DNA of 64,000 nt from an uncultured Planctomycetota bacterium (GCA_963845755.1 CAWJTV010000020.1:32001-96000); one strand, 5' to 3'; shown: positions 32,149 through 45,057, counted from the first letter of the stretch. Notes: a model not told the origin generated them from the letters alone. Made by a program: numbers and translations.

Positions 32149-34522
32149 GGATTGGCCCTCGCCTGATCGGCGGCATCCTTGAGAGCCTCAGCCGCTTTCT
32201 GGATTTGCGCCACGGTCTTCGCGACCGCCGCGGCGATCGCATCGGGCTTCTTGTCTTCGAGGGCCTGACGGATTGCCGGCAGGGGCCAGGCCGCGTAGCC
32301 GGTCGTCAGGCCCGGGGCGTAGATAGCGTGCTTGAACCAGGGCCGGCCGGGGAGCCCGTCGGCCAGCGCGAACGACCGTTCGACTTTCGCGATGGCGTCG
32401 TTAAGCGTAGCCAACTTGTCGGGAGCAATCGCGTCGTGCCGGGTCAGAGTCTCGGTCGCGCGATCGAGCTCCTCGGCCCGTGCCTGGAAATCTCGGACTG
32501 CCCGGACCAGGTCGGGAAGCCCCGCGAACTCGTCGGAAGGATTCGGATTCGACCCGGACGATTCGCCTTGTCGCACGCGGCGGACATGGATGAGTCGCAG
32601 CTCATCGACGTGCTCGCGAGCGCCAGGCCGTAGGAGCCGAATCGGAGCGGCACGACATCGGCCGTGGCGGCCCTCATGGCGATCAGCGTGTACAACCGGG
32701 CTGCCGTGGCGTGGCTCAGGAACTCCGGATCGCCGAATTTCTCCATCCAGTTGAAGTTATCGTAGATCGAGTGATAGACGCCATATCCGCCTCGGAACCC
32801 GCCGTCAACGGCCGGGATGCCCAGGTGGTCGACGAACACCGTATAGTCGGAGCCGGAGCCCAGCCAGCTCATCTGCGGGACGAAACCTCGCGTCGTGGAC
32901 GACTTCGACCCGGGACTGTCATGATTGTTGTCGTCCCAGATCGGATCATGGACGATCAGCGGCGAGCTGGAGGCCCAGGCCTTGCGGTGGGATTCGGTCC
33001 ATAGGTCGCGGAGATTGCGTCCCGAGCGGACGTCGGTGATGGATCCGGCGGCTTCCAGTACGAAATCCCGCAAGGAGGGAACTCCACTGAGCGTGAGCTC
33101 CGGACCGGCGACCGCCGAATCGACGTTCAACATCAGAACGGCCTTCTTCTTCAGCTCATCGGCATGTTCCTCGGCCCATTCCGTCGAACCCACCAGGCCG
33201 TATTCCTCGGCATCCCAGCTTGCGTAGACGAGGGTCCGCCGCGGCTTCCAGCCGTGCTTGACGGCCTCGCCCAACGCACGACAGGTCTCGAGCGTCGCGG
33301 CGGTGCCGCTGCCGGGATCGACGGCGCCGTAGACCCAGGCGTCGCGATGGTTGCCGAGCATCACCCAGCGGTCGGGCTCGACCGTGCCGGGGATGGTCGC
33401 GATCACGTTCCAGATCGGGCGGAGCTGGTAATCCATAATCACGGAGAACGAGACTTCTGCCGGCCCTGGTCCAACGTGGTATGTCAAGGGCAATCCGCCC
33501 TGCCAGCCTGCTGGAACATTGGGGCCGGCCACAACCTTGAGGATCTCCTGAGCCGTTTCGTAACTGATGGGAAGAGATGGGATGCTCGCGAAGTACTCAG
33601 CTCGTTTCAGGCCGGTCGCCTTCTCCCATTCTTGGATCGTGGTCGTGCTCACCATCTCACCGGGGAATCCAGCCTTATAGTATGGGAATCCATACAGTTC
33701 GTCGAAGGGAAGCCTTTTCGCTCCCTTCGTCGAAGGGCCGAACGGGGTCGAGGGATCGCCCGGTCCCATCGAAAGGAATTGAACGCTACCGCGCTGGATG
33801 GCCGATCCGGGGCGGAAGCGTCCATTGGGGTAGACGTCACCCTTGGCGAATCCATCCTCAGCCGGATCGGAGAAGATCAGGATCCCCCGAGCGCCACGCT
33901 TCTGGGCGTTATACACCTTGAGGCCGCGGAAGAGCTCGCCGTAGCGGACGAGGACGACTTTGTGCTTAACGTCGATCCCCATTTTGTTGAGCGCATCGAA
34001 ATCCTCGGGACGACCATAGTTAACATACACCACCTGTCCCGAAGCAATACCCGAGGTACCGTACCCATTGAACGATCCGAACGCCCCTGTGTTGGCGGAG
34101 TCCTTGTCCGTCGCGATCGGGCCTTCATCGACGGCAAGCCTCTTAACAAAGGGGCGATCGATCGTCAGCGCAGGGGGACTTTCTTTGACGAAGGCATTGT
34201 GACCCGGATAATTGAGCAGCACCTCCATCTCGGCGATCTCGGCCTTCCAACCCCATTCGCGGAGCTTGTCGCGGACGAACTCGGCGGTCTTGCGATCGGC
34301 CGGCGTTCCGGCGACGTGCGGCTCGGCGGTGAGGATGCGGAGCCATCGCCGGGCGTTCTCGGGTGTGGGAATGGTCAGAGCGTGGGCTTCGGCCGTGCGC
34401 TGGGCCTCGGCCGACCGCGGGGTGAAGCCGATCGGATCGGCACCGAGGGCCGGATTGGCACCCAGGATCGCAGCCAGGACGAGAATCACGGGAGCTAACG
34501 TGCTGTTTCGAGATCGCCGCAT
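32145..34522 (-). CDS. M28 glutamate carboxypeptidase II/transferrin-receptor-like peptidase (frameshift ~32605)
   Basis: Signal peptide; PHVAGT, PA domain, GNHRDAW, DAEEYGLVGSTEW, GSGSDY, YHSIYD; TFR-dimer RPWFKHAIYAPG. Confidence 0.92.
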
Positions 34523-34756
34523 GAAGAGCCTCATCGGGAAGCAGGCGCTTGACAGGAACAACGTTTCAGGACCACACTGAGGGCGCGTGGGGATGGATCG
34601 CGCGGCCTCGGTCGAGGCTGGATTTCCCGCGGTAACCGACGACCGGGGACCGAGGAGCCGTCGGTGAAGGAAAACGGAACTAGGATACGTTGCCCGCGCC
34701 GTGGTGGATAGAGGCGTGTCCACGTCCAATCGCATTTGAGCGACGCTCACCTGTTC

Positions 34757-34815
34757 GTACTTCAGGCGTTCCCACCTGACGAACCGTTGCCGTCAGACCG
34801 GAAAGCCTGACCTAC
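34757..34815. repeat. GTAG-type REP-like inverted doublet (same family as 32090-32148)
   Basis: GTACTTCAGGCGTTCCCACCTGAC (34757-34780) and the reverse-strand GTAGGTCAGGCTTTCCGGTCTGAC (34792-34815). Confidence 0.65.
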
Positions 34816-34838
34816 GCACGACCTTCGAGACGTCCCCG

Positions 34839-36335
34839 ATGGCTGTCATGCCCTCGATCCTGGTCTGGCTGGCGCTGTCCACGACCGTCGAACCGGCCGC
34901 GGGCGTACGATCGGGCTATCGCCCGACCGGAGTCGCTGGTCGAGCTCGTGGATCCGGGATTGCTGGCCCGGTTGCGCGACCCGCGAATTCGGCCCATCGC
35001 CTTCGGCGAGCCTAAGACCATCGCGGCCGACGGCGGGATCGCCGAGGTCGCCGGCCCGGGAGTGATCCAGCAGATCGTTTTGAACGTCCCCGCACACTTG
35101 CCGGAACGTTTCAGCCTGAGGAACATCCGGCTGAAGATCTACCTCGACCGGCGAGCCGAGCCCGCGCTGGATCTCCCGATCCCGGATCTCTTCAGCGGCC
35201 TGCATCCTCATTTCCCACGACCGCTGGTCGGTCATGCGGCCGGCGGGTATTACTCGTATGTCCCGATCGCATTCCGCGACGGCTGCCGGATGAAACTCGA
35301 TGGGCCACACGCGGGACGCTTGCGGGCTCGCCTCAGCGGGATTGCCCTGCCGGAGGCGACCGACGTCACCTCGTTCCAGGAAGACCTCTCATCCGCCGAT
35401 CAAGTCCAGTTGGATCAGGCGGCCGCCGTGTGGTCGAAGCCGGGGGATCGGATCGCTTCCCTCGGCGCGCCGACGGAATCATCAGATTTCGTCGTGGATG
35501 GTGCCGCGCGCAGTACGCAACGCTACCTTCTTCCGGCGGGACCGCGCACGATCCGGTCGCTCGAGATCGAGCCGGCTCCCGGCACCAGCGATGCCTGGCG
35601 CGACGCCCGTCTGAAACTGTTCTGGGAGCGGGACGACCGTGCCGCGGGGGTCAACCTGCCATTGGGCTTCGCATTCGCCCGGGTCCTCGGCGTCGAGCCC
35701 GGTTCGTCTTTGCTCGTGGGGTCGAGCGGGCCGGTGTGGTTCAACCGGTTCCCCATGCCATACCGACGTCAGGCGTTCCTCCAGATCGATTCGGAGGCGG
35801 CAATCCGGGGGACGATCCGTGTCCGGTCGGTCCGCGTGGCTGCGGCGGACGCCGGTTATTTTTGTGCGTCCTATCGCGAGGGAGCCCTCGGAAACGCGCG
35901 CGCTCTGCCTCGGAACCGTCCGGGGCATTCCCGCCTGTCGAACTCCCCGGGCGGGGGCACTACGCCGGGACTTTCCTTGCGGTCCGGGGCCAAGCGGTTG
36001 GCCCTCATCGGTTTGCGGACGCCGAGAAACGCGCCGACAATGTTCGCTTCGTCGTCTCGGGACTGGGCACTGTGCTGGCGATCCACGGATTCCCCACCCA
36101 ACCCCCCGCCTGGGACGCCTCGCCGGCTCATGGGGTGTTTCTGGGTGATTGGGACGCTACGCCCCGTCAGTCCGTGGGCTACCGATGGCATGTGTCGGAT
36201 CCCATCCCGTTCGATCGGACGATCGCGGCAACCATCGCACCGAGCAACGGTACGTACTCCACGGCCGATTTTCATCTGACGGCGGCCGTCTTCTGGTATT
36301 CGGAACGGCCCAGTCCTTCGAGCAATCGTCAGTAG
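34839..36335 (+). CDS. DUF2961/GH172-like secreted protein, degenerate (frameshifted)
   Basis: GPGVIQQI, YYSYVPIAFRDG, FPMPYR, GRGHYAG, YRWHVSDPIPF, AVFWY. Confidence 0.65.
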
Positions 36336-36413
36336 TCGATAACGAGCCCGAAACCGGCCGATTCAGTGCAACCCGCTCTCTCGGCCGACTGACTCCTGAC
36401 CCCTGCTTGCGTC

Positions 36414-36444
36414 TTATCCACTGCCCACTGTCTACTGACCACTG
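36414..36444. repeat. Heptamer array (CTGNCCA)n, mostly single-armed
   Basis: ttatcca ctgccca ctgtcta ctgacca ctg; only a weak complementary arm at ~36328-36342. Confidence 0.55.
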
Positions 36445-36490
36445 CTTGAATACGACATCCCAGATCCTGGAAATCCAAGAGGGGCACATC

Positions 36491-37012
36491 ATGGCTCTGT
36501 CGTTCACGGTTGGCGGGGCGAAAGGAACGTTCGATGCTCCCTTCGCCGAGGAAGTGGCCGGCGTGCTGGACCATGCCTTCGGCGCCGAGGGTGAATGGGA
36601 GGGCACCCCAACCCTCCACTATGGCGAGCTGGCCGACAGGGGTTGGTCCGACCTTCAGCGTCGCGCGATCGAGGAGCTGGGGGTGGAAACCTTCCCCAAT
36701 CTGACCGCCCTGGGTGAAGAGGGGCGGGGTGTCTACCTACCGGCCAACGTCCGTACGGCGTCGTTTCCCCTCTCGGCCGGCCGGGCTCTGAAATGCGCCA
36801 GTCTGCCCGGCCTCCGCAACGAGCTTTTCGAGCTGGCCCAGCAATGGGACCTGCCGCTGGACGATGACGGCCTCAAGGAATTGCTCCGGGTCGCCCATGA
36901 CCCCGACGACGGCTGTGTCGCCGATGCCCCCGAAATCCTGACCTTCGCCCGACTCGCCCTGGCTGCCAACGAGGCCATGCGCCGCGATTGCCCCCTGTGG
37001 CTGGTCGGCTAA
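36491..37012 (+). CDS. Hypothetical protein
   Basis: RBS GAGGGG, codon usage typical of genes here, 173 aa, no recognised motif. Confidence 0.7.
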   Translation: MALSFTVGGAKGTFDAPFAEEVAGVLDHAFGAEGEWEGTPTLHYGELADRGWSDLQRRAIEELGVETFPNLTALGEEGRGVYLPANVRTASFPLSAGRALKCASLPGLRNELFELAQQWDLPLDDDGLKELLRVAHDPDDGCVADAPEILTFARLALAANEAMRRDCPLWLVG

Positions 37013-37049
37013 TGAGCCGGCAGAGCGAGTCGCTCGCAGACCAGGAAAA

Positions 37050-37077
37050 GGAACTGGCTCCTCGGACGAACGTCTAA
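37050..37077 (+). promoter_or_regulatory. Candidate ECF-type promoter
   Basis: GGAACT-16 nt-GTCTAA upstream of the VWA lipoprotein gene. Confidence 0.35.
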
Positions 37078-37253
37078 GTGACAGGCGACTGGATCGTCAA
37101 TCGAATGCGACGGCCTCATCTCATCCATCGTTGCTCGTCGCAACGGTCTTCATGCCGTCGATTCGGATTGCGATGCGATCGGGCACGTCCTCATTCTCAT
37201 TCTTCCCATGTCTCCGCCCCATCGGTCGCCTGTCGCCCCGAGGAGACCTCATC

Positions 37254-39063
37254 ATGCGCAACTTCTCAGCATCGCTTCGTCGTCTTGGACCGGTACTTGC
37301 CATCGTCTTGGGGTACGTGGTCGGTTGTTCCCATGAGAATGTCCAGGAGGGTCGAGTCGCGCGTTCGGCCAGTCGATCCGCACAGCCTGGTGAAGTGATC
37401 AGCTCGGATTCCTATGGCGGGAGCGAAGGCGCTGTTGCCTACAAGGGTTCGGCTCCTGCACCTGCCGGCGGGCCCACATCACCGGGGGTTATGAAGCGAA
37501 AGCGTTCCGGAGGTGTTCCCAAATCAATTAAGGGCGCAATCGTTCCAGGACCTACCGAGCGAGACTACGAATCCCAACCTCGGCCGGGTCTGAAAGACAA
37601 GGCGGCCGAACCGGCGGAGGCCGCCGCCGTGGAGGCCGAGCGTCGGGCCGAGTCTTACAACCCGATCACGGACAATCCTTTCCACCGGGTTGCGAGCGAG
37701 CCCTTGTCAACGTTCTCGATCGACGTCGATACGGCCAGCTATTCCAATGTCCGGCGCTTCCTCACCCAGAACACGCTGCCGCCCAAGGACGCGGTCCGCA
37801 TCGAGGAGCTGCTCAACTACTTCCCGTACGATGACGCACCGCCTCCGTCCTCCAGCCCGGACCCATTCGCCGTGCACGTCGAGGTCGCCGGCTGTCCCTG
37901 GAATGCCAAGCATCGCCTGGCGCGGATCGGCATTGCGGCCATGCCGATCGACCAGTCGAAGCGACCGCCCAGCAACCTGGTCTTCCTGGTTGACGTCTCG
38001 GGCTCGATGCAAGAGCCGAACAAGCTCCCCCTGGTGCAATGGAGTCTCCAGCGGCTGGTCGATCAGCTTGGCGAGAATGACCAGATCGCGATGGTGGTCT
38101 ACGCAAGTGCCTCGGGCCTGGTCCTGCCCTCGACGTCCTGCTTGCACAAGGCGGAGATCCTCTCGGCGATCGAGCAGTTGCGCGGGCGGCTCGACCAACG
38201 GGGGAGCGGGCATCCAGCTTGCCTACGACGTCGCCACCCAGCATTTCATCAAGAACGGGACGAACCGCGTCATCCTGGCCACCGACGGCGACTTCAACGT
38301 CGGCGTGAGCGACAATGATGAGCTCGTGCGTCTGATCGAGGCCAAGGCCAGGAGCGGGGTGTTCCTCAGCGTCCTGGGTTTCGGGATGGGCAACATCAAG
38401 GATGACAAGCTCGAGAAACTCGCCGATAAGGGGAACGGCAACTACGCCTACATCGACTCGCCGCGCGAGGGGTACAAGGTGCTCGTCGAGCAGATGGGCT
38501 CGACGCTGATCACCGTCGCCAAGGACGTCAAGATCCAGGTCGAATTCAACTCCGCCAAGGTCGGTGCCTTCCGGCTGATCGGCTATGAGAATCGGATCAT
38601 GGCCCATCAGGACTTCAACGACGATACCAAGGATGCCGGCGAGGTCGGCGCGGGGCATCACGTCACGGCGCTCTATGAGATCGTCCCGCCCGGAGCCGAG
38701 GAGGACGGCGCTGCCGGCGTCGACCCGCTCAAGTATTCGAAAACGTCGTCGTCGGGCTCCGCCAGCAACGAGTCATTCACACTCAAGATGCGGTACAAGC
38801 CGCCGACCGGCGAGACCAGCCGCAAGCTCGAGATCGGCGTCGTGGACAAGGGCCGGTCGTTCGGCGAATCCTCGGAAGACTTGAAGTTCGCCGCCGCGGT
38901 CGCGGGGTTCGGAATGCTCTTACGCGACTCACTCCACAAGGGCAGCCTGACCTACGCGGGTGTGATCGAGATCGCCGAGCCCGTCTCGGCCCACGACCCC
39001 TCGGGCTACCGCCGGGAGTTCCTGGCCGCGGTCCGACAGGCGAAGAAACTGGCGAGGCAGTGA
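37254..39063 (+). CDS. YfbK-like VWA lipoprotein (VWA + DUF3520; frameshift ~38185)
   Basis: Lipobox [52 protein letters not shown]. Confidence 0.9.
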
Positions 39064-39093
39064 GGAACGATCCGAGAACGTAATCCGGTCTTT

Positions 39094-39114
39094 GTAGGGT
39101 GGGTGAAACCCACC
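39094..39114. repeat. GTAG-type REP-like palindrome
   Basis: GTAGGGTGGGTGAAACCCACC. Confidence 0.5.
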
Positions 39115-39306
39115 AGGATCGTCCCGCCTCCCTGGTGAGTTTTACTCGCCTTACCGGGCGCTCCGTCGGGTGGCTGGGGTCGACGGCCCGCGGGGCCGAC
39201 GTCCCCGGATCCCCGCGCCGAGGATTCTTGGAACCGCCGCCTAAGAAACACGTGGCTGATCCGTCATTGAGAAGGAACGGACATCGGTCTTCTACCGAGC
39301 AAGGTG

Positions 39307-39843
39307 ATGCCGAGAATCCTGGACGTCGAGCATGAGAACTGGGTCCGTGACGCGGTCGCTCGATTCGAGGGACCGCTGTCGCTCTACGCCTCGCGACTCC
39401 TGCGCGACCCCGAGGCCGCGCGCGACGTCGTGCAGGAGACGTTCCTGAAGCTCTGTGCATCGGATCGGACCGCGATCGAGGATCATCTGGCCGAGTGGCT
39501 GTTCACCGTCTGTCGCAACCGGGCGCTGGATGTCTTGCGGAAGGAGCAGCGCATGAGTCAGTTACGCGAGGAGCAGGTGCTTCGTTGCTTGAATCCCGGG
39601 CCGGCCCCGCTGGAGGCCGCCGAGCGCCGGGAGCTGGGCGAACGCGTGCTGGAACTCCTGGAATCCCTGCCGGTCAATCAGCGCGAGGTCATCCGTCTGA
39701 AGTTTCAGAACGGGTTCTCGTACCAGGAAATCAGCCGCATCAGCGGCCACAGCGTCTCCAACGTCGGCTACTTGATCCACGCCGGGATCAAGACGCTCCG
39801 GGGTTACCTGTTCGACGGCCAGGCGGCCAAGGCTCGCTTCTAA
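39307..39843 (+). CDS. ECF RNA polymerase sigma factor
   Basis: ARDVVQETFLKL, WLFTVCRN, LPVNQREVI, SYQEIS. Confidence 0.93.
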   Translation: MPRILDVEHENWVRDAVARFEGPLSLYASRLLRDPEAARDVVQETFLKLCASDRTAIEDHLAEWLFTVCRNRALDVLRKEQRMSQLREEQVLRCLNPGPAPLEAAERRELGERVLELLESLPVNQREVIRLKFQNGFSYQEISRISGHSVSNVGYLIHAGIKTLRGYLFDGQAAKARF

Positions 39844-39855
39844 GGAGGTCCTGCC

Positions 39856-42687
39856 ATGACCTTTGACCCGAACGATCCCCGGCTGACCGCTTACGTGCTC
39901 GGCGAGCTCGAACCCGCCGACCAGGCGGAGGTCGAGGCACTCCTGAACGACTCGGACGAATGCCGCCAGGCCGTCGAGGAGATCCGCTCGACCGTCGGCT
40001 GGCTCACCGATCGGCTCCGCGAAGAACAGGCGGTCCACGCGCCGACTCCTGAGACCAATCACCGGCCGGTCGCGGCTGTCCCGTTACAATCCTCCACGGC
40101 CTCCCGCCCCTGGTGGCGGCGTACGCGATTCCAGGTCGGCGCCGTGGCCGCACTCCTGTTGCTCGGTGCGACGGCAACCTTGATCCCGCCGTACCTGAAA
40201 CCGTTGCGGCAGGACGAGGCACGCGTCGTCGCACAAGAGCTTGCATTGGCTAATCCCGTCGCCAAGGCGACTGTGCTCTCCAAGACCAATGGGATCTTAA
40301 GGTCCGTGCGCGACGAGCAGGCTCAGGCCCCTCTCCCATATTACGCCAACTACAAACCCAAACGAGCATCCGATCTCGCAGGAGCCGGGCCCGCAATGCC
40401 GGTGGGGACTCAAGATCGACAGATCGTCCTCGACCGATTACGCGCCGGTACGGGCGGCGGCCCAATGGGCGGCGCAATGAACGCCCAAGGCGGTCAGATG
40501 ATGCGCGGAATGACTCAATTGGGTGGAATGGGAGGTGGAATGGGCTTGCAAGGTCAAGCGCCTGCGGCACCTCGTACCCGCGGTCCCGACGGGCTCTGTC
40601 CCCCGCGACGTCTGCCCGGCGTGAGGTGCAATTGGCGCTATCTGAACAGGAGTCCTTGATACGAGCTCGAAAGCAGATGCTCTCAGAGAGCGAGAGACAA
40701 GTTCAGAGGCGCGAGTCTCTCCCACAGGCCCAGTCGGTTGACGGGCTGGGACGATCGGATCTGGCATTCCGCAGCAAGACCCTGGATCTCGCGGCCCAGG
40801 GGCCGGGTCAGAGCGGGCAAGCCGGTAACTCTCCGGCTTTCACGGGCTCGGGGGATCATTCACTCGCAAAGAAGGGGACTTCGGTCGTCACGAACCAAGG
40901 TCCTCAGTCGCAGAGTCAAAGCGGGCCACCGCAGAACGCATCAGGCCGAAGCGAGGCGGCCGCGCCGGTCCGGCCGATGGCGGAGGAATCCAAGCCACCG
41001 GCTCTCGCCCTCAAGTCCAAGCCTGGCCAGCCCGCTCAAGATGGGGAAAAGGCCGTTGAGCGTGCTGGTGCGCTGACCGACAACCTTGCACTCGGCCTCG
41101 GAGACCAGGTCCCGGCCTCGGCTCCGATGCCAGCTTTGCGCGCCGAGGGTGAAGCCCGGAACGTTGGCCAGCCTGGCCAGCAACCGGCCGCCGCAGCCGC
41201 ATCGACCCCCGCCGCGGAGCTCGTGCAACAGCTCCAGGCGGCGCCGGTCGGGGTCGAACAACTTGCCGAGGCGTACGCACCGATCGTGGATAACCCGTTC
41301 CAGTTGGTCGAGAACGAGCCGCAATCGACGTTCTCGATCGACGTCGATACGGCCAGTTACTCGAATGTCCGCCGGTTCCTCACCCAGAACATGCTCCCTC
41401 CCCGGGACGCAGTCCGCATCGAGGAGCTGCTCAACTACTTCCCCTATCGCGATGCGCCGCCGCCGAATTCCAGCGAAGATCCCTTTGCGATCCATCTCGA
41501 GATCGCCCGATGTCCGTGGAACGCCCGGAACCGGCTGGCGCGGATCGGCATCGCGGCCAGGCCGATCGACCAGGCCCGCCGCGCCGCGAGCAACCTCATC
41601 TTCCTGGTGGATGTCTCCGGCTCCATGGACCATCCCAACAAGCTGCCGCTCGTCCAGTGGGGTCTGCAACGGCTGGTCGAACAGCTCAACGAGAACGACC
41701 GCGTCGGGATCGTCGTGTATGCCGCCGCCTCGGGTGTGGTCCTCCCCTCGACGTCTTGCCAGAACAAGGTTGAGGTGCTGTCGGCCATCGAGGCGTTGCG
41801 GGCCGGGGGCTCGACCAACGGTGCAGCCGGCATCCAGCTCGCCTATGACCTCGCCACCCAGCACTTCATCAAGAACGGGACGAACCGCGTCATCCTGGCC
41901 ACCGACGGCGACTTCAACGTGGGTGTGACCGACAACAATGACCTCGTCCGGCTCATCGAGGCCAAGGCCAAGAGCGGGGTGTTCCTCAGCGTCCTGGGCT
42001 TCGGCATGGGCAACATCAAGGATGACAAGCTCGAGAAGCTCGCCGACAAGGGGAACGGTCACTATGCCTACATCGACTCGCCGCGCGAGGCGTACAAGGT
42101 GCTCGTCGAGGAAATGGGCGACAAACCTGATCACCGTGGCCAAGGACGTCAAGATCCAGGTCGACTTCCACAAGGACACGGTGTCGGCCTACCGCCTCAT
42201 TGGCTACGAAGATCGCGTGCTGGCTAACGAGGACTTCGACAACGATGCCAAGGATGCCGGCGAGATCGGCGCCGGCCACCACGTCACGGCACTCTACGAG
42301 CTCGTGCCGGCCGGGCGACCTGGGAACTCGCTGCTCCTGGCCAGTGCGAAGGATCAGACCGGATCGGAAGCCTTCACGTTCAAGCTCCGGTACAAGAAAC
42401 CCGACGAGGACAAGAGCCGCCTCATCGAGCAGAAGGCGATCGATTCCGGCACCGACTTCGCCCAGGCGTCGGATGACCTGAAATTCGCCACGGCCGTCGC
42501 GGGGTTCGGCATGATGCTCCGCGATTCTCCCCACAAAGGTACCCTGACCTACGCCGGGCTGCTGGAGATTGCCCAGCCAGCACTGGACAAGGACCCCTCG
42601 GGCTACCGCAAGGAGTTCGTTGACCTGGTCCGCAAGGCCCAGGCTCTTGCGTCCCAAGCGGTCCGAGCCGTTCCGGACGCTCGGTGA
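39856..42687 (+). CDS. Anti-sigma domain + TM + low-complexity linker + YfbK-like VWA/DUF3520 (frameshifts ~40600, ~42120)
   Basis: [19 protein letters not shown] anti-sigma-like N-terminus, [16 protein letters not shown] motifs as in the upstream paralogue; RBS AAGGAGG. Confidence 0.87.
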
Positions 42688-42706
42688 TCCCATTCCCAGG
42701 AGAGTT

Positions 42707-42794
42707 TCACGCGGAGATGCGGAGCGCGCGGAGACGAGAAGAACGTTCTCGAAAGAGAGCGCGATTTCTCCGCGTCCTCCGCGCCTCCGCGTGA
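42707..42794. repeat. Inverted 8/9-mer array hairpin (CGCGGAG..)n / (CTCCGCG..)n between convergent genes
   Basis: TCACGCGGAGATGCGGAGCGCGCGGAG ... CTCCGCGTCCTCCGCGCCTCCGCGTGA. Confidence 0.8.
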
Positions 42795-42811
42795 GATCTG
42801 TCTTTTCTCCC

Positions 42812-44119
42812 TTACTCCCGGAGATGGCCGTCGCCGAAGACGATCCACTTGGTACTGGTCAGCTCGCGGAGCCCACAGGGCCCGCGCGCATGGATCTTAT
42901 CGGTGCTGATGCCGATCTCGGCCCCGAGTCCGAGCTGGCCGCCGTCGTTGAACCGGGTGCTGGCATTGACCATGACGGCCGAGCTGTCGACTTCCTCCGT
43001 GAAGCGGCGGGCCGCAGCGAGGTCGCTGGTGACGATCGCCTCGGTGTGCCCCGAACCGTGCCGGGCGATGTGGGCGATCGCCTCGTCCAGGGATTCGACG
43101 ACGGCCACGGCCAGGATCTTGTCGAGAAACTCGGTGTCCCAGTCGGCCGGAGAGGCGGGAGTCATGTCCGGTATGTACGTCCGCGCAACCGGATCGCCAC
43201 GCAGCTCCACGCCCGCGTCAACCAGTGCGTCGACTGCCCTGCGGAGGAAGTACGGGGCGACCGCGCGATGCACCAGGAGCGTCTCGGCCGCGTTGCAGAC
43301 GCCCGGGCGCTGGACCTTGGCGTTCAGGATGATCTTGATCGCCATATCCACGTCGCATCGGGCATCGATATAGACGTGACAGTTCCCCTGGTAATGCTTC
43401 AGGACCGGCATCTTCGCCTCGGCGACGACGCGACGGATCAGGCTTTCACCGCCCCGCGGAATCGCCAGGTCGATGAACTCGGACAACCCCAGGAGCTCGC
43501 CGACGGCGGCACGGTCGGTCGTCGGGACGAGCTGGACGGCGTACTCGGGAAGTCCGCAGGCGACCAGCTCATCGGCGAGGATCCGGTGCAGCGCCAGGTT
43601 GGTCAAGATGGCCTCCTTGCCGCCGCGGAGGATCACGGCGTTGCCGCTCTTGACGCAGAGCGCGGCGGCGTCAACCGTCACGTTCGGTCGGCTCTCGTAG
43701 ATGATGAAGATCACGCCCAGCGGAACGCGGACTTGCCGGACTTCCAGCCCGTTGGGCCGCCGGCTCGACGTGATGAGCTCGCCGATGGGGTCGGGCAGTG
43801 TGGCGACCTCTCGGAGGGCCCGGGCCATCTCCTCGACGCGCCGGGCGTCGAGCTTGAGGCGGTCGATCGCCGCCGCTTCGAGCCCACGGCCGGGCGCGGC
43901 GGCGACGTCCCCCGCGTTGGCCGTCAGGATCTCCTCGCGGCGCGCGACCAGCGCCGCGGCCGATCGGTTCAGCCAGGTGTCCTTGGCCGAACCTCGGGCC
44001 AGGGCCAGCTTCCGCGCGGCCAGCTTGGCCTGCTGCGCCAGATCGAGACAGAGGCTCGACGTGACGATGCTACAGGGTTCGACGTTCTCGATGGCTTCCG
44101 CGGTCACGCTCATGCTCAT
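42812..44119 (-). CDS. proA: Gamma-glutamyl phosphate reductase
   Basis: [57 protein letters not shown]. Confidence 0.97.
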   Translation of the reverse strand: MSMSVTAEAIENVEPCSIVTSSLCLDLAQQAKLAARKLALARGSAKDTWLNRSAAALVARREEILTANAGDVAAAPGRGLEAAAIDRLKLDARRVEEMARALREVATLPDPIGELITSSRRPNGLEVRQVRVPLGVIFIIYESRPNVTVDAAALCVKSGNAVILRGGKEAILTNLALHRILADELVACGLPEYAVQLVPTTDRAAVGELLGLSEFIDLAIPRGGESLIRRVVAEAKMPVLKHYQGNCHVYIDARCDVDMAIKIILNAKVQRPGVCNAAETLLVHRAVAPYFLRRAVDALVDAGVELRGDPVARTYIPDMTPASPADWDTEFLDKILAVAVVESLDEAIAHIARHGSGHTEAIVTSDLAAARRFTEEVDSSAVMVNASTRFNDGGQLGLGAEIGISTDKIHARGPCGLRELTSTKWIVFGDGHLRE

Positions 44120-44121
44120 GA

Positions 44122-44985
44122 TCAGTCCTCCCAACCCCGCACCGCTGTCCAGACCTTGATCGCATCGACCATCGGCGCGACGTCGTGGACCCTCACCACC
44201 CGCGCGCCGGCCGCGCACGCCGCCAGCGATGAAACTACCGACGCCGTCGCGCGTTCGTGCACTCCACGTCCGGTGATCGTGCCCAGGAACCCTTTCCGTG
44301 ACGTACCAATCAGGATGGCACACCCTAGCGTGTCAAATCGACGGAGGTTCCGCAAGATCTCCAGGTTATGGTCGATGGTCTTTCCGAAGCCGATGCCCGG
44401 GTCGATGGCGATCCGATCCCGGGCAATCCCCAACGACTCGGCCCGCTCGACTCGCCGGGCCAGGACCTCGTACACCTCGCCCAGGACGTCCTCGTAGTGA
44501 GGATCGACCTGCATCGTCTTCGGGACGCCTTGCATGTGCATGAGCACCACGCCGGCGCCCGTCGCGGCCACGACGCGACCCATGTCCGCATCGGACCCCA
44601 GTGCGGAGATGTCGTTGACGATGGCGGCGCCGGCGTCGAGGGCTCTCCGGGCGACCTCTGCCTTGGTCGTGTCGATCGAGATCGGGACGCCCAGCTCGGA
44701 GGCCAGGGCCTCGACGACCGGGATGACCCGGCGCAGCTCCTCGTCGATTGAGACCGGATCCGAGCCCGGCCGGCTCGACTCGCCCCCGAGGTCGATCAGG
44801 CCGGCTCCCTCGCGGACCAGCCGTCGCGCCTGGCTGACGGCGGCGGCGCTGCCAGCGGTCCGGCCGCCGTCGGAGAAGCTGTCGGGAGTCAGATTCACGA
44901 TGCCCATAACTTTCGGGATCGGATCCTGGTCACCCAGGATCGTCCGACCCTGGGCGTTCCACTGCGGCTTGATGGATCGGCTCAC
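44122..44985 (-). CDS. folP: Dihydropteroate synthase
   Basis: [39 protein letters not shown]; start uncertain. Confidence 0.96.
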   Translation of the reverse strand: MSRSIKPQWNAQGRTILGDQDPIPKVMGIVNLTPDSFSDGGRTAGSAAAVSQARRLVREGAGLIDLGGESSRPGSDPVSIDEELRRVIPVVEALASELGVPISIDTTKAEVARRALDAGAAIVNDISALGSDADMGRVVAATGAGVVLMHMQGVPKTMQVDPHYEDVLGEVYEVLARRVERAESLGIARDRIAIDPGIGFGKTIDHNLEILRNLRRFDTLGCAILIGTSRKGFLGTITGRGVHERATASVVSSLAACAAGARVVRVHDVAPMVDAIKVWTAVRGWED

Positions 44986-45057
44986 GTTGCAGGCTCCCGG
45001 TGGCTCGGACGGCCTCCCGACGGCCCCTCCGGCGCACGATCGCGCCCCGGACACCGC

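Noticed and set aside
42569..44497. Long antisense ORFs (642 aa here; also 50420-52012, 24076-25413, 20710-21930)
   Set aside because: Shadows of real genes on the opposite strand, expected in high-GC DNA; no motifs
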